Origin: Candidatus Omnitrophota bacterium
Lineage (GTDB): Bacteria > Omnitrophota > Gorgyraeia > Zapsychrales > Fredricksoniimonadaceae
Length of the DNA stretch: 64,000 bases
Direction of reading: 5' to 3'
Assembly: GCA_903901225.1 (NCBI GenBank)
Contig: CAIUQE010000031.1
Coordinates: forward strand, 28,676-92,675
Part shown: in pieces, positions 49,789-59,218 of the stretch
Numbering within the stretch: the first letter of the stretch is position 1
How the letters are laid out: each line of letters starts with the position of its first letter
Notes under the pieces: generated by a model
Database searches by the model: none
What the model was told of the DNA's origin: nothing
What the model saw: the letters and a program-made list of their open reading frames with translations, nothing else
Program-made: the position numbers and the translations under genes

Positions 49789-49992
49789 ATGAAAAGTATG
49801 GGAAAAACAATACAGGAACTTCGAAAAAAAGCTGGGCTTGACCAGGTCGAGTTTGCGAAACGGGCCGGGGTCGGTCTGCGTTTTGTGAGAGAACTCGAGC
49901 AGGGAAAGACCACGGTGCGCCTGGACAAGGTCAATCAGGTCCTTGATTTCCTGGGACATCATCTTGAGGTTATCCGTAATGGCAAAGGATAA
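49789..49992 (+). CDS. HipB-like (y4mF) XRE HTH regulator
   Basis: RKKAGLDQ.EFA..AGVGLRFVRELEQGK.T.RLDKVNQVL. Confidence 0.9.
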   Translation: MKSMGKTIQELRKKAGLDQVEFAKRAGVGLRFVRELEQGKTTVRLDKVNQVLDFLGHHLEVIRNGKG

Positions 49993-50308
49993 TAAACGCA
50001 AAGCCGATGTTTTCTATCATGACCGGCACGCAGGTATCCTGGAAGAAACGGACGATGGGTTCAGGTTCGTCTATGCCTCGGATTATTTGAAGACCGGCAA
50101 GCCGATCTCATTGTCGCTGCCTTTGCGGGCGGCGCCTTTTGCATCGGCCACATTGTTTTCTTTTTTCGCGGGAATGAATTCTGAAGGTTGGTACAAAGAC
50201 ATTGTTTGCGCGACAAGGAAGATCGACCCGACTGACGAGTTTGGGATATTGTTGGTGACCGGAAAGAGCACGATCGGCGCTGTTACGGTCAAAGAAAGCG
50301 GTGCATGA
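49979..50308 (+). CDS. HipA N-terminal-domain protein (HipS-like)
   Basis: AGILEE....F.F.Y, ISLSLPL, FF.G..SEG, TIGAV. Confidence 0.88.
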   Translation: MAKDNKRKADVFYHDRHAGILEETDDGFRFVYASDYLKTGKPISLSLPLRAAPFASATLFSFFAGMNSEGWYKDIVCATRKIDPTDEFGILLVTGKSTIGAVTVKESGA

Positions 50309-51183
50309 TGAAAAATGAGCGATCAGTGTGGCGGAAAGTATTCGGTATTGATAAAGAGCCGTCCATCGATTTGACGCTGGCGGGGGTTTCCCTTAAAGCC
50401 CAGGAAATGGTCGGGAAGATGTCCATTTCCGGCGTTCAGCCCAAGCTTTCCGTTAAACGGACGGATAAAGGCGGCGATCCTCATTTGGAAGTTGCCGGTG
50501 ACGGCGGCCAGTATATTCTGAAACCGCAGGTGCAGGCTTTCGCGCATTTGCCGGAAAATGAAGCGCTGTGCATGGCCATAGCCCAGGAACTGGGTATTGA
50601 TGTGCCGCCACACTGCCTTGTTCATTTGAAAGACAAAAGCTTGGCCTATGTTGTTAAACGGTTCGATCGGGACGGGCGTCGCAAGATCCACCAGGAGGAT
50701 TTTGCGCAGATCCTCGAGAAGAAGGATAAATATAACGGCTCTGTTGAGGAGATCGGGCGTAAGCTCAAGGCGGTTTCCGAAGTCCCCGGGCTTGACGTGC
50801 AGCTTTTCTTTGAGCGTGTCGTGTTCAACTTCCTTATCGGGAACGGTGACGCGCATGTTAAAAATTATTCGGTCATCTATAACGAAGAGGGACTGGTGCG
50901 TCTTGCGCCAGCGTATGATCTGGTCTGTTCCAGGATCGTTATTCCGCAAGAGCCGGATGAATCGGCGTTGACCATTCAGGGAAAGAAGACGCGGATCAAA
51001 CGGAAGGACATGGATCTTTTCGCCGAATCTCTTGGTGTCCCGGAAAAAATACGCTTCGCGAAATTCGCGGGACAGAAAGAGCTCTTTTCTTCAACGATCG
51101 CGGCGTCTTTGCTTCCCAGGGACATGGCGGCGGCCTTCGATAAACTTTTTATCGAACGATTTCAGCGGCTTGAATTGGAATAG
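50305..51183 (+). CDS. HipA C-terminal kinase (HipT-like toxin)
   Basis: SISGVQPK, YILKP, ENE, KRFDR, EDFAQ, GNGDAHVKN, LAPAYD. Confidence 0.92.
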   Translation: MMKNERSVWRKVFGIDKEPSIDLTLAGVSLKAQEMVGKMSISGVQPKLSVKRTDKGGDPHLEVAGDGGQYILKPQVQAFAHLPENEALCMAIAQELGIDVPPHCLVHLKDKSLAYVVKRFDRDGRRKIHQEDFAQILEKKDKYNGSVEEIGRKLKAVSEVPGLDVQLFFERVVFNFLIGNGDAHVKNYSVIYNEEGLVRLAPAYDLVCSRIVIPQEPDESALTIQGKKTRIKRKDMDLFAESLGVPEKIRFAKFAGQKELFSSTIAASLLPRDMAAAFDKLFIERFQRLELE

Positions 51184-51268
51184 TTCTGTGGCCGCTAAGT
51201 TGCCACGGTGGATAATGCCGGACCTTTTGGCCTATAAAAATAACTATACAAATAACTGAATCTTGTTA

Positions 51269-51297
51269 TTGCCAAACGAAAATCATTCGGTTAGTAT
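51269..51297 (+). promoter_or_regulatory. putative promoter of the fchA-folD operon
   Basis: TTGCCA-17 bp-TAGTAT. Confidence 0.5.
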
Positions 51298-51370
51298 ACG
51301 GATACATGGGTGGGCAGCCTCGGACCGCCTGGATGTTGTTTAACCTTTCTATTGTCAATCCCGATTTAAA

Positions 51371-51859
51371 ATGACCACTTACAGCGACAACACGTTGTCC
51401 CAATACCTGGAAAAACTCTCTCTGCGTGAGCCTGTTCCCGGCGGCGGTTCCGCGGCCGCGGTATCGGCCGGCCTGGGTGCCGCGCTGATCGCGATGGCCG
51501 CGCGCTATTCCCTGGGCAAGGGCAAGGCACCGGATATCGAGGCCAGGATCGGGGCACTTATCGTGACGGTTGATACGGCGCGGTCCAAATTCATTGATCT
51601 TGCCGGGCGTGACGCCCAGGCTTACCTTGACATGGTGCGCGCCCGCAAGTCGGGCGACGCCGCGGCGCTGAAACTGGCCACCGAAGAAGCCAGCCGTGTC
51701 CCGCGGGATATCACCGCGCTCTGCCGGGAATGCCTGGCCCTGACGCCGTTCCTCCACCAGGAAGGCAATCCGCGTTTGCTGAGCGATGTCAAAGCCGCCG
51801 AGGCTTTCCTTAACGCGGCCATAGCGGCCGCGGGTTATATGCAAGAGGCCAATTCATGA
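51371..51859 (+). CDS. fchA: formiminotetrahydrofolate cyclodeaminase/methenyl-THF cyclohydrolase (FTCD_C family)
   Basis: L....PVPGGGSAAA, D..AY, GN..L.SD; upstream of folD. Confidence 0.85.
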   Translation: MTTYSDNTLSQYLEKLSLREPVPGGGSAAAVSAGLGAALIAMAARYSLGKGKAPDIEARIGALIVTVDTARSKFIDLAGRDAQAYLDMVRARKSGDAAALKLATEEASRVPRDITALCRECLALTPFLHQEGNPRLLSDVKAAEAFLNAAIAAAGYMQEANS

Positions 51860-52722
51860 GCGCGACCATCCTTGACGGCAGGGCATTATCCAAAGAATTG
51901 ACGGCGCAGCTCAAGGCCGAGGTCGCCCGCCTTAAGGCGGCAACGGGCAAGGTTCCGCGTTGCGTGAACATCGTCATCGGGCAGGACGCGAGCGCGGCGT
52001 CCTACGGCAAGTCGCAGAAGCGCGCGGCCGAGGAGATCGGCATTGATTACCAGTTCACATACCTGGCACACCATGTTTCCCAAAAAGAGCTCCTTGATCA
52101 GATAAAATTCCTGAATGAGGATCCTGAGGTGAATGGCGTCATGATCCACAAGCCTGTTCCCGAAGGCATTGATTTCCAGCAGGCCGTGAACGCGCTGGCG
52201 CCGGAGAAAGATATCGAGGGGATGGGGACGGGCAACCTGGGCAGGCTTTTCCTGGGAAAAACGCCGATCATCCCGTGCACGCCGGCTTCGGCGATGGCCC
52301 TGCTGGCGTTGTCCGGCGTCGACATCGCGGGCAAAGATGCCGTGGTTGTCGGCCGCAGCGAGATCGTTGGCAAGCCCCTGGTTTTTCTGTTATTGGAAAA
52401 GAACGCGACCGTGACGGTCTGCCACAGCGGCACGCATCGCGCCGGGCGGCTGGAAAGCCATGTGCGGAGCGCCGATATCGTCATTGTGGCCATGGGCAAG
52501 CCCGCGTTCATCAAGGGGGCCTGGGTCAAGGAAGGCGCGATCGTCATTGACGTGGGCATCAACAATGTCAACGGCAAGATCACGGGGGACGTCGAATTTG
52601 ACGCGGCCGCGGCGCGCGCCGCTTTCATCACGCCGGTGCCGGGTGGGGTCGGCCCCGTTACGGCCGTGATGCTCATGAAGAACGCCATCGAAACATTTAA
52701 ACAGCAGGCAGGACGGCCATGA
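51856..52722 (+). CDS. folD: bifunctional methylene-THF dehydrogenase/cyclohydrolase
   Basis: ILDGR, PEKDIEG, PCTP, GRSEIVGKP, IDVGIN, TPVPGGVGP. Confidence 0.96.
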   Translation: MSATILDGRALSKELTAQLKAEVARLKAATGKVPRCVNIVIGQDASAASYGKSQKRAAEEIGIDYQFTYLAHHVSQKELLDQIKFLNEDPEVNGVMIHKPVPEGIDFQQAVNALAPEKDIEGMGTGNLGRLFLGKTPIIPCTPASAMALLALSGVDIAGKDAVVVGRSEIVGKPLVFLLLEKNATVTVCHSGTHRAGRLESHVRSADIVIVAMGKPAFIKGAWVKEGAIVIDVGINNVNGKITGDVEFDAAAARAAFITPVPGGVGPVTAVMLMKNAIETFKQQAGRP

Positions 52723-53738
52723 AAAATATTGTTGTGATCGGCCACGCGCCGGCGGCTCACGCGGCGGTCAGGGCTTTGCTTGACCGGGACCCGACGCTGG
52801 CCATCACGCTGATCAGTTGTGACGGGCAGCTTCCCTATGACAAAACACTCCTGCCCGGCCTCATCGACCGTTCGGTGAAGGAGGCCGGTATTTTCTGCGC
52901 TCCTGAAGATATGTACCGCGCGGCGCGCGTTGAGCTTATCCTCGACAAGGAGATATCCCGCGTGAATTTCAACCGCAAGCGTGTTTTCCTCGCGGACAAG
53001 GTCCAGGTTGATTTTGACGGCCTTATTATTACCGATGCGCCGCAGATCCAGTGGCCCCAGCTCAAGGGGATCCGCCGCCAGGGTGTTTTTCATCTGGCTC
53101 GCCTTTCCATGGTGAAAGATCTTGTGCGTTACCTGGCGTTCACGGAGACCGCCCTGGTCGAGGCATCTGGGTTCGGGGGCATCAAAGCTGCGCTGGCGTT
53201 GAAGGCCGCGGGTAAAGACGTGGTTGTGGCGTATAGCGGCGACAATTTGCTGGCGGGCCTCATTTCTGCCGCGCGCGCCCAGGCATTGACGGCGGCGCTA
53301 TTGAAGCGCGGCATCCGTGTCATGGCGGGCGGCGTCGAGGATGTGATCGGCGAGGTCGAGGTCAAGGCGGTGCGGTTGAAGTCCGGCAAGGTCGTGGCGT
53401 GCGACATGTTCGTCCTCGAAAACGTGAAGCCTGACCTCCGGTTCCTGAGTGACACCGGGCTGGCCATGGATGAGCGGATCCCCGTCGATATTTTCTTGCG
53501 GTCTAATATTCCCGGCGTCCTTGCCGTTGATGTTGTGGCGCGTTTGGAGCAGCCTGAGTTCAGGGGGGAATACTGGCTCGACGCGCGCACGGGGAGCGTT
53601 CAGGCCAGGGCCGCTGTTGACGGATTTTTGGGAGAAGGCCGCGCGCTCACGCCGGTGGATATTGCCCAGGCTGATATCCTTGACACGCTTTTTGATCCGC
53701 TGGAACTTGTGCCTGTCATGTCAGAGGCTGCGGTTTAA
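52719..53738 (+). CDS. pyridine nucleotide-disulfide oxidoreductase-like flavoprotein (degenerate motifs)
   Basis: NirB/rubredoxin-reductase-like layout (ITLIS...PY, V.LKSG, V.PD..FL..TGL) but altered GxGxxG motifs. Confidence 0.75.
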   Translation: MKNIVVIGHAPAAHAAVRALLDRDPTLAITLISCDGQLPYDKTLLPGLIDRSVKEAGIFCAPEDMYRAARVELILDKEISRVNFNRKRVFLADKVQVDFDGLIITDAPQIQWPQLKGIRRQGVFHLARLSMVKDLVRYLAFTETALVEASGFGGIKAALALKAAGKDVVVAYSGDNLLAGLISAARAQALTAALLKRGIRVMAGGVEDVIGEVEVKAVRLKSGKVVACDMFVLENVKPDLRFLSDTGLAMDERIPVDIFLRSNIPGVLAVDVVARLEQPEFRGEYWLDARTGSVQARAAVDGFLGEGRALTPVDIAQADILDTLFDPLELVPVMSEAAV

Positions 53739-54644
53739 ATGACAAACCTGTTTCTCCTTATTTTTTTCTTCAGCACATCTTTTGTCTTTGCGGCGGGTAT
53801 CCCCAGTCCTGCGGAATTGCGTACCGCGGAGCGGTATCACGCGGTCGGGTACCAATACCAGGCCCAGGGGAATCTCCTGCAGGCAAGATTCCTTTACCAG
53901 CAGGCCGAAGCCTTTGCTCCCGATGATCCGGCTTTGCTCAATGACCTCGGAGTTGTTTATGAATCGCTGGGCCAGGCCGACGAATCCCTCAAACATTATC
54001 TCAAAGCCATTGCGGTGGATTTTAAATACCTCCCGGCGTACATGAACCTGGGTCATTTCTATGAAGCCAGGGGCAATGTGGCCACAGCAACCTATTATTT
54101 CAGCCAGCGCGTGAAATTCGGCGATCCGCGTGATTCCCGAACGCTCCAGGCGCAGGCGCAGATCGATCGCCTGAACCATTCTTCTTTAAGCCTGGCGCAG
54201 AGTAATTTCGAGTTCGACATGAGATCATTGGAAAGCGAGATGGCTTTGCGTGACAGGGAAAAGGACCTTGAACAGGAGCGTCAGCGCGTGATCCGGGCCG
54301 AGGAGGATTACCTGACGGGGAAGAAACTTTTTCAGGCTGGCCGTTATGACGAGGCAAAACTTTCTTTTGAAGTGAGTTTGAGTGAGAATAAAGCCCATCA
54401 GGGCGCGCAGGAGATGCTTGAGCGCGTGAACACGATGATAGCCTTGGACCCGAGAGTGAAAGATTTCGGTTTGCACCAGGACCCGGCGCGGGACATGGCC
54501 ATGATCGAATACAATAAAGGTTCACGGCTGATGCGCTCCGGCAACCGTGACGAAGCGCTCGAGGCGTTTGACCGGGCCCAGGAGCTTGCGCCGGCGGACC
54601 CGTATATCCGGGCGGTCCGCGCCGAAGCCGCGAGGCAGCCGTAG
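53739..54644 (+). CDS. exported tetratricopeptide repeat protein
   Basis: Signal peptide VFA-A, LNDLGVVY...G, AYMNLG TPR motifs. Confidence 0.85.
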   Translation: MTNLFLLIFFFSTSFVFAAGIPSPAELRTAERYHAVGYQYQAQGNLLQARFLYQQAEAFAPDDPALLNDLGVVYESLGQADESLKHYLKAIAVDFKYLPAYMNLGHFYEARGNVATATYYFSQRVKFGDPRDSRTLQAQAQIDRLNHSSLSLAQSNFEFDMRSLESEMALRDREKDLEQERQRVIRAEEDYLTGKKLFQAGRYDEAKLSFEVSLSENKAHQGAQEMLERVNTMIALDPRVKDFGLHQDPARDMAMIEYNKGSRLMRSGNRDEALEAFDRAQELAPADPYIRAVRAEAARQP

Positions 54645-54645
54645 G

Positions 54646-57228
54646 ATGCCGGATAAAATACTCCTGATCGACGGGCACGCGTTGTGTTATCGCGCTTTTT
54701 ACGCGGTCCAGGAACTGCGCAATGCCAGGGGAGTTCCCACGAACGCGGTTTTCGGGTTTGTGAACATCCTGCGCAGGATCCTGAAAACCTACGCGCCAAG
54801 CCACGCCGCGGCGTGTTTTGACACTGGCAAGCAAACATTTCGCCGCGCGAAATTCGCGGCGTACAAGGTCCAGCGTCCGCCCATGCCGGATGATCTCGCG
54901 TTGCAGATCCCCTTGATCAAGGATGTCCTGCGCGCGTACGGCATACCGGTCTTCGAAAAAGAGGGTTATGAGGCGGATGACGTGATCGCCACGTTCGTCG
55001 CGAAATTCCAGGCGCCGGGCCGTGAGATCATCATCGCGTCCGACGACAAGGATATGCAGCAGCTGATCCAGGAGGGCGTGCGCGTGTATAACAGCCGCCG
55101 GGACGCGCTGCTGGGGCCGGAGGATACGCGGGCGCGTTTTGGCGTTGGCCCCGAGCGGGTGGTCGATTACCTGGCTCTTGCCGGCGACGCGAGCGACAAC
55201 ATTCCGGGGATCAAGGGCGTGGGTGATGTGACCGCGCAGAAGCTCCTGCAGGAATTCGGATCCCTGGACGGCATCCTCGCGAATACCGCCGGGATCAAGG
55301 GCAAGCTTAAAGACAAGGTTGAACAGGGAAAAGACGCGGCGCTCCTCAGCCGTGAACTCGCGACGCTCGACGCGAAGGTCCCCCTGGAGTGTTCTTTGGA
55401 CGATATCCGTTTTGGCCGCCAGGACCGCGGAGAGCTGGCGCGCCTGTTCACGGAACTTGAATTCCGCAGGCTGGCCGATGAATTTTTCAGGGCGGAAGAC
55501 GAAGCTCCGGCTGCGCATGCGCAGCATGCGCCCCATTCTTCTGTCAAGGATGGTGGCCATGACGTGGCGCAATGCGCGGGTGTGGTCCTCTTGACGGGAA
55601 AAGCGGGCGTGCTGCCCGTGATGGGAGATGATGAGGAAGGCCGGCGGATACCGCTGGTGTTCCATGTGGCGGCGAATGGGATCGTGTTCACCCTGGCCCC
55701 TGATGAGCTGGCGGGGCTGGTGGATGTCTGGGCGTCGGCGCAGATCGTCCTGTGCGTGTATGACGCCAAGCCTTTGCTGAAACAACTGGCTTTGTCCGGG
55801 ATCAGCGTCCAGTGCCGTGTTTTTGATGCCTTGCTGGCCGGTTATCTGTTGAAATCAGGGCAGTCGGCGTTCAGTATCCCGGCGCTGGCGAACGCGTACC
55901 TTGACACGGCCATTGCCGATACCGATGACCGCGCGCTGGTTGAGGCCGCGTTGCTTGAGAAACTTAACGGGCCTTTGACCGCCGATCTTGCCGCGAAGGG
56001 CATGACCGGGCTCTTTGAAAATATCGAAATGCCCCTGTGCGCTGTGCTGGCGGCCATGGAAGCCGAGGGTGTCAGGCTTGACATGGACAAGCTGGCGGAA
56101 CTTTCGGGGGTTTGCGCGCGGCGCATCGAGGCCATGACCGGCGAACTTCACGCTCTGGCCGGCGGGGAATTCAATCTTAATTCTCCCAAACAGCTGGGAG
56201 CCGTCCTTTTTGAAAAACTTTCGCTGCCGGTCATGAGGAAAACCAAGACCGGCCCTTCGACGGATGAGGAGGTCCTGCTCAAGCTTGCGCCGTTGCATCC
56301 TTTGCCGGCGCTGGTCCTGGAATACCGTCAGCTGGCGAAGCTCAAGTCCACGTACCTTGATGCCTTGCCGCGGCTGGCCGCGGCGGACGGGCGTATCCAT
56401 TGTTCGTTCAATCAGACGGGCGCGGAGACCGGCCGCCTGAGCGCTGACCATCCTAATTTGCAGAATATTCCCGTGCGCACGGAAATGGGCCGGGAGATCC
56501 GTAAGGCGTTCATCCCTTCGGCTCCGGGTCGGGTCCTTGTGGCGGCGGATTATTCCCAGATCGAACTCAGGTTCCTCGCGCACCTCGCGGCTGAGGTAAA
56601 ACTCAAGGAAGCGTTCGACAAGGGAGAGGATATCCATACGTTCACGGCGGCGTTGATCTTCGAGGTCCCGTTGCCCGAGGTGACGGAGGAGATGCGTTAC
56701 AGGGCCAAACGGATCAATTTCGGGATCATTTACGGCATGAGCGCTTTTGGGTTGGCGAAAGACCTGGGTGTGGCCCAGCGGGAGGCCCAGGATTTTATTG
56801 ACCGGTATTTCCGCCGTTATCCGGGTATCCAGGCGTTCATGGCGCGTTGCGGGCAGGAGGCCAGGGAGCAGGGGTTTGTGACGACGATGTTCGGTCGCCG
56901 CCGTTACATTCCGGATATCAACACCCGCAATCCGGCGCTGCGCCAGTTCGCCGAACGTCAGGCCGTGAACACGCCTGTGCAGGGCGCGGCCGCGGACCTT
57001 ATTAAGTCAGCCATGGTCGGCGTCGAGAGGATGCTGAAGGAAAAGGGCTTCGCCGCGAAAATGATCATCACCGTCCACGATGAACTGGTCTTTGATGTGC
57101 CCGAGGCTGAAGTCGCGCGGCTGGCCCAGAACGCCCGGCATGTCATGGAGCAGGCGGTGGCCCTGTCGGTCCCCGTTGTGGTCACGGTAAAGGCAGGCCC
57201 TAACTGGGCTGAGATGAAAAAGATATGA
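54646..57228 (+). CDS. polA: DNA polymerase I
   Basis: LIDGH, YEADD, GDASDNIPG, DYSQIELR, AKRINFGIIYG, VHDEL. Confidence 0.97.
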   Translation: MPDKILLIDGHALCYRAFYAVQELRNARGVPTNAVFGFVNILRRILKTYAPSHAAACFDTGKQTFRRAKFAAYKVQRPPMPDDLALQIPLIKDVLRAYGIPVFEKEGYEADDVIATFVAKFQAPGREIIIASDDKDMQQLIQEGVRVYNSRRDALLGPEDTRARFGVGPERVVDYLALAGDASDNIPGIKGVGDVTAQKLLQEFGSLDGILANTAGIKGKLKDKVEQGKDAALLSRELATLDAKVPLECSLDDIRFGRQDRGELARLFTELEFRRLADEFFRAEDEAPAAHAQHAPHSSVKDGGHDVAQCAGVVLLTGKAGVLPVMGDDEEGRRIPLVFHVAANGIVFTLAPDELAGLVDVWASAQIVLCVYDAKPLLKQLALSGISVQCRVFDALLAGYLLKSGQSAFSIPALANAYLDTAIADTDDRALVEAALLEKLNGPLTADLAAKGMTGLFENIEMPLCAVLAAMEAEGVRLDMDKLAELSGVCARRIEAMTGELHALAGGEFNLNSPKQLGAVLFEKLSLPVMRKTKTGPSTDEEVLLKLAPLHPLPALVLEYRQLAKLKSTYLDALPRLAAADGRIHCSFNQTGAETGRLSADHPNLQNIPVRTEMGREIRKAFIPSAPGRVLVAADYSQIELRFLAHLAAEVKLKEAFDKGEDIHTFTAALIFEVPLPEVTEEMRYRAKRINFGIIYGMSAFGLAKDLGVAQREAQDFIDRYFRRYPGIQAFMARCGQEAREQGFVTTMFGRRRYIPDINTRNPALRQFAERQAVNTPVQGAAADLIKSAMVGVERMLKEKGFAAKMIITVHDELVFDVPEAEVARLAQNARHVMEQAVALSVPVVVTVKAGPNWAEMKKI

Positions 57229-58625
57229 GGATCGTTTTTGTCGCTTCAGAAGCGGTGCCTTTTGCCAAGACGGGCGGCCTTGCCGACGTGTGCGGGGCGC
57301 TGCCGCTCGCGCTCGAGCGGTTGGGGCACGAGGTGTCGGTCATCATGCCGGGTTACCGCGGCGTGGGCCGTGCCAAACCTTTCAATGCCCGCGCGAATTT
57401 CACGGTCATCGGCAGGGACGTGAAGGTTTATTTCCTGCGGCATGACGGTTTCTTCGGGCGTTCCCGGCTTTATGGCGACGCGCGGGGAGATTATCCCGAC
57501 AACCTGGAACGTTTTGTTTTTCTTTGCCGGGAAACATTCCATCTTTTGAAGGATATTGGCAAGCCCGTGGACATCATCCATTGCCATGACTGGCAGACGG
57601 GGCTGGTGCCCGTGCTCCTTAAAGAGCAATACCGTCAGGACCCGTTCTTTCAAAATACACGTTCGGTTTTTACGGCGCATAATATGGCGTACCAGGGGGT
57701 TTTTTCGAAGGATGATTTCCCCAAACTCGGCGTTGATCCGGGAACGTTCAGCCCTGCCGGTCTGGAATTTTATGGCAAGATCAACCTCCTTAAAGCAGGG
57801 CTGATCTTCGCGGACCGCGTCACGACCGTCAGCCCCGAATACGCCAGGGAGATACAGAGCAAGGAGTGGGGGTGCGGGCTTGAGGGCGTTGTCAGGGAAC
57901 GGAAAAACAGCCTTGATGGTATTCTTAACGGCCTCGACTATGATCATTGGGACCCCGCAACCGATGCTTTCCTGGACCCGCATTATTCCGTAAAGGACTT
58001 TCAGGCCAAGGATATCCATAAGGAAAATCTTCAGAACGTGTTCCATTTGCCGGTCTTTAACGATATCCCGGTCTTTGGTTTTGTCGGACGGCTTTGTTAT
58101 CAGAAAGGTTTCGATCTTCTTGAAGCGGCTTTTGACGGCCTGATGCAGCGGCCTCTGCAGGTCGTTTTTATCGGTATCGGTGATGAGAAATACCAGAGAA
58201 TGCTCATGAAGCTCGCGAGAAAATATCCACAGCAGTGCGCCAGCGTGATCAGTTATGACGAGGATGTCGCCCACAAGGTTTACGCGGGGTCAGATTTCTT
58301 CCTGATGCCGTCGGTGTATGAACCCTGCGGTTTGACCCAGATGATCGGTTTGCGTTACGGCGCGATCCCGCTGGTCAACGGCGTGGGCGGGCTTTTGGAT
58401 ACCGTGGTGGACTACGGGTCACGAAAAAAACAGGGCAATGGTTTTGTCATGGAAAATTACAGCGTTTCGGCCCTGCTGGGGGCGGTGGACCGCGCGCTCG
58501 GCATTTATCATCAGAAGGGCCGCTGGGACGAGTTGCGGGCCCGTGGCATGGCGTGTCGCTGGACATGGGATGTGTCGGCGCGGCAATATAGCGAGGTTTA
58601 CAGGTTATGCTCAGGATCGGCCTGA
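57225..58625 (+). CDS. glgA: glycogen synthase
   Basis: KTGGLADV, HCHDWQ, HNMAYQG, PSVYEPCGLTQM. Confidence 0.95.
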   Translation: MRIVFVASEAVPFAKTGGLADVCGALPLALERLGHEVSVIMPGYRGVGRAKPFNARANFTVIGRDVKVYFLRHDGFFGRSRLYGDARGDYPDNLERFVFLCRETFHLLKDIGKPVDIIHCHDWQTGLVPVLLKEQYRQDPFFQNTRSVFTAHNMAYQGVFSKDDFPKLGVDPGTFSPAGLEFYGKINLLKAGLIFADRVTTVSPEYAREIQSKEWGCGLEGVVRERKNSLDGILNGLDYDHWDPATDAFLDPHYSVKDFQAKDIHKENLQNVFHLPVFNDIPVFGFVGRLCYQKGFDLLEAAFDGLMQRPLQVVFIGIGDEKYQRMLMKLARKYPQQCASVISYDEDVAHKVYAGSDFFLMPSVYEPCGLTQMIGLRYGAIPLVNGVGGLLDTVVDYGSRKKQGNGFVMENYSVSALLGAVDRALGIYHQKGRWDELRARGMACRWTWDVSARQYSEVYRLCSGSA

Positions 58626-59218
58626 CGGGAAGTTTCGGGGCGGGCAAGACCACGGTCGCGGCCATGTTCAAAGCGCGCGGGGCGAGGGTCATTGACGCGG
58701 ACGCGTTGGGCCACGCCGTGCTCAGGCATGACAAGGCGTGCATCCGGGCGATAGGAAAGAAATTTGGCCGGGGCGTCATCTCAACCGGCAGGGTTGATCG
58801 CGCGCGGCTGGGCAAGGTTGTCTTCGCTGATCCGTCCGCGTTGAAAGCCCTGGATAAGATCGTGCATCCGGCGCTGGAACGGCTTATCAGGGAAGAACTC
58901 GCGTCCGCCGTCGCGAAGAACAAACCGGTGGTCCTGGACGCGGCCCTTCTCATTGAGGCGGGGTGGCATAAGTTCATGGATGCTGTTATAGTTGTCAAGG
59001 CGCGGCGCGCTGTCCAGGTTGAACGCGCCATGTCCCGCACCGGCCTTTCAAGGGCTGAGGTCACCCAGCGCATCCGTCGGCAGATGCCTTTGGTAAAAAA
59101 GGTCGCATATGCCGCGCATGTGATAGATAACAGCGGTTCAGCCGCAGCAACAGAGAAACACGTCGAGCGGATCTTTCGATCCCTCACAAACCCCATCCGA
59201 CAGGAGAAAGCATCATGA
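58607..59218 (+). CDS. coaE: dephospho-CoA kinase
   Basis: [27 protein letters not shown]. Confidence 0.95.
   Translation: MLRIGLTGSFGAGKTTVAAMFKARGARVIDADALGHAVLRHDKACIRAIGKKFGRGVISTGRVDRARLGKVVFADPSALKALDKIVHPALERLIREELASAVAKNKPVVLDAALLIEAGWHKFMDAVIVVKARRAVQVERAMSRTGLSRAEVTQRIRRQMPLVKKVAYAAHVIDNSGSAAATEKHVERIFRSLTNPIRQEKAS

Noticed and set aside
54100-55785. Long minus-strand ORFs (also 58447-59910, 62625-63989, 17793-19040 and others)
   Set aside because: They are antisense shadows of well-supported + strand genes, expected from high GC3 codon bias, and have no recognisable motifs.
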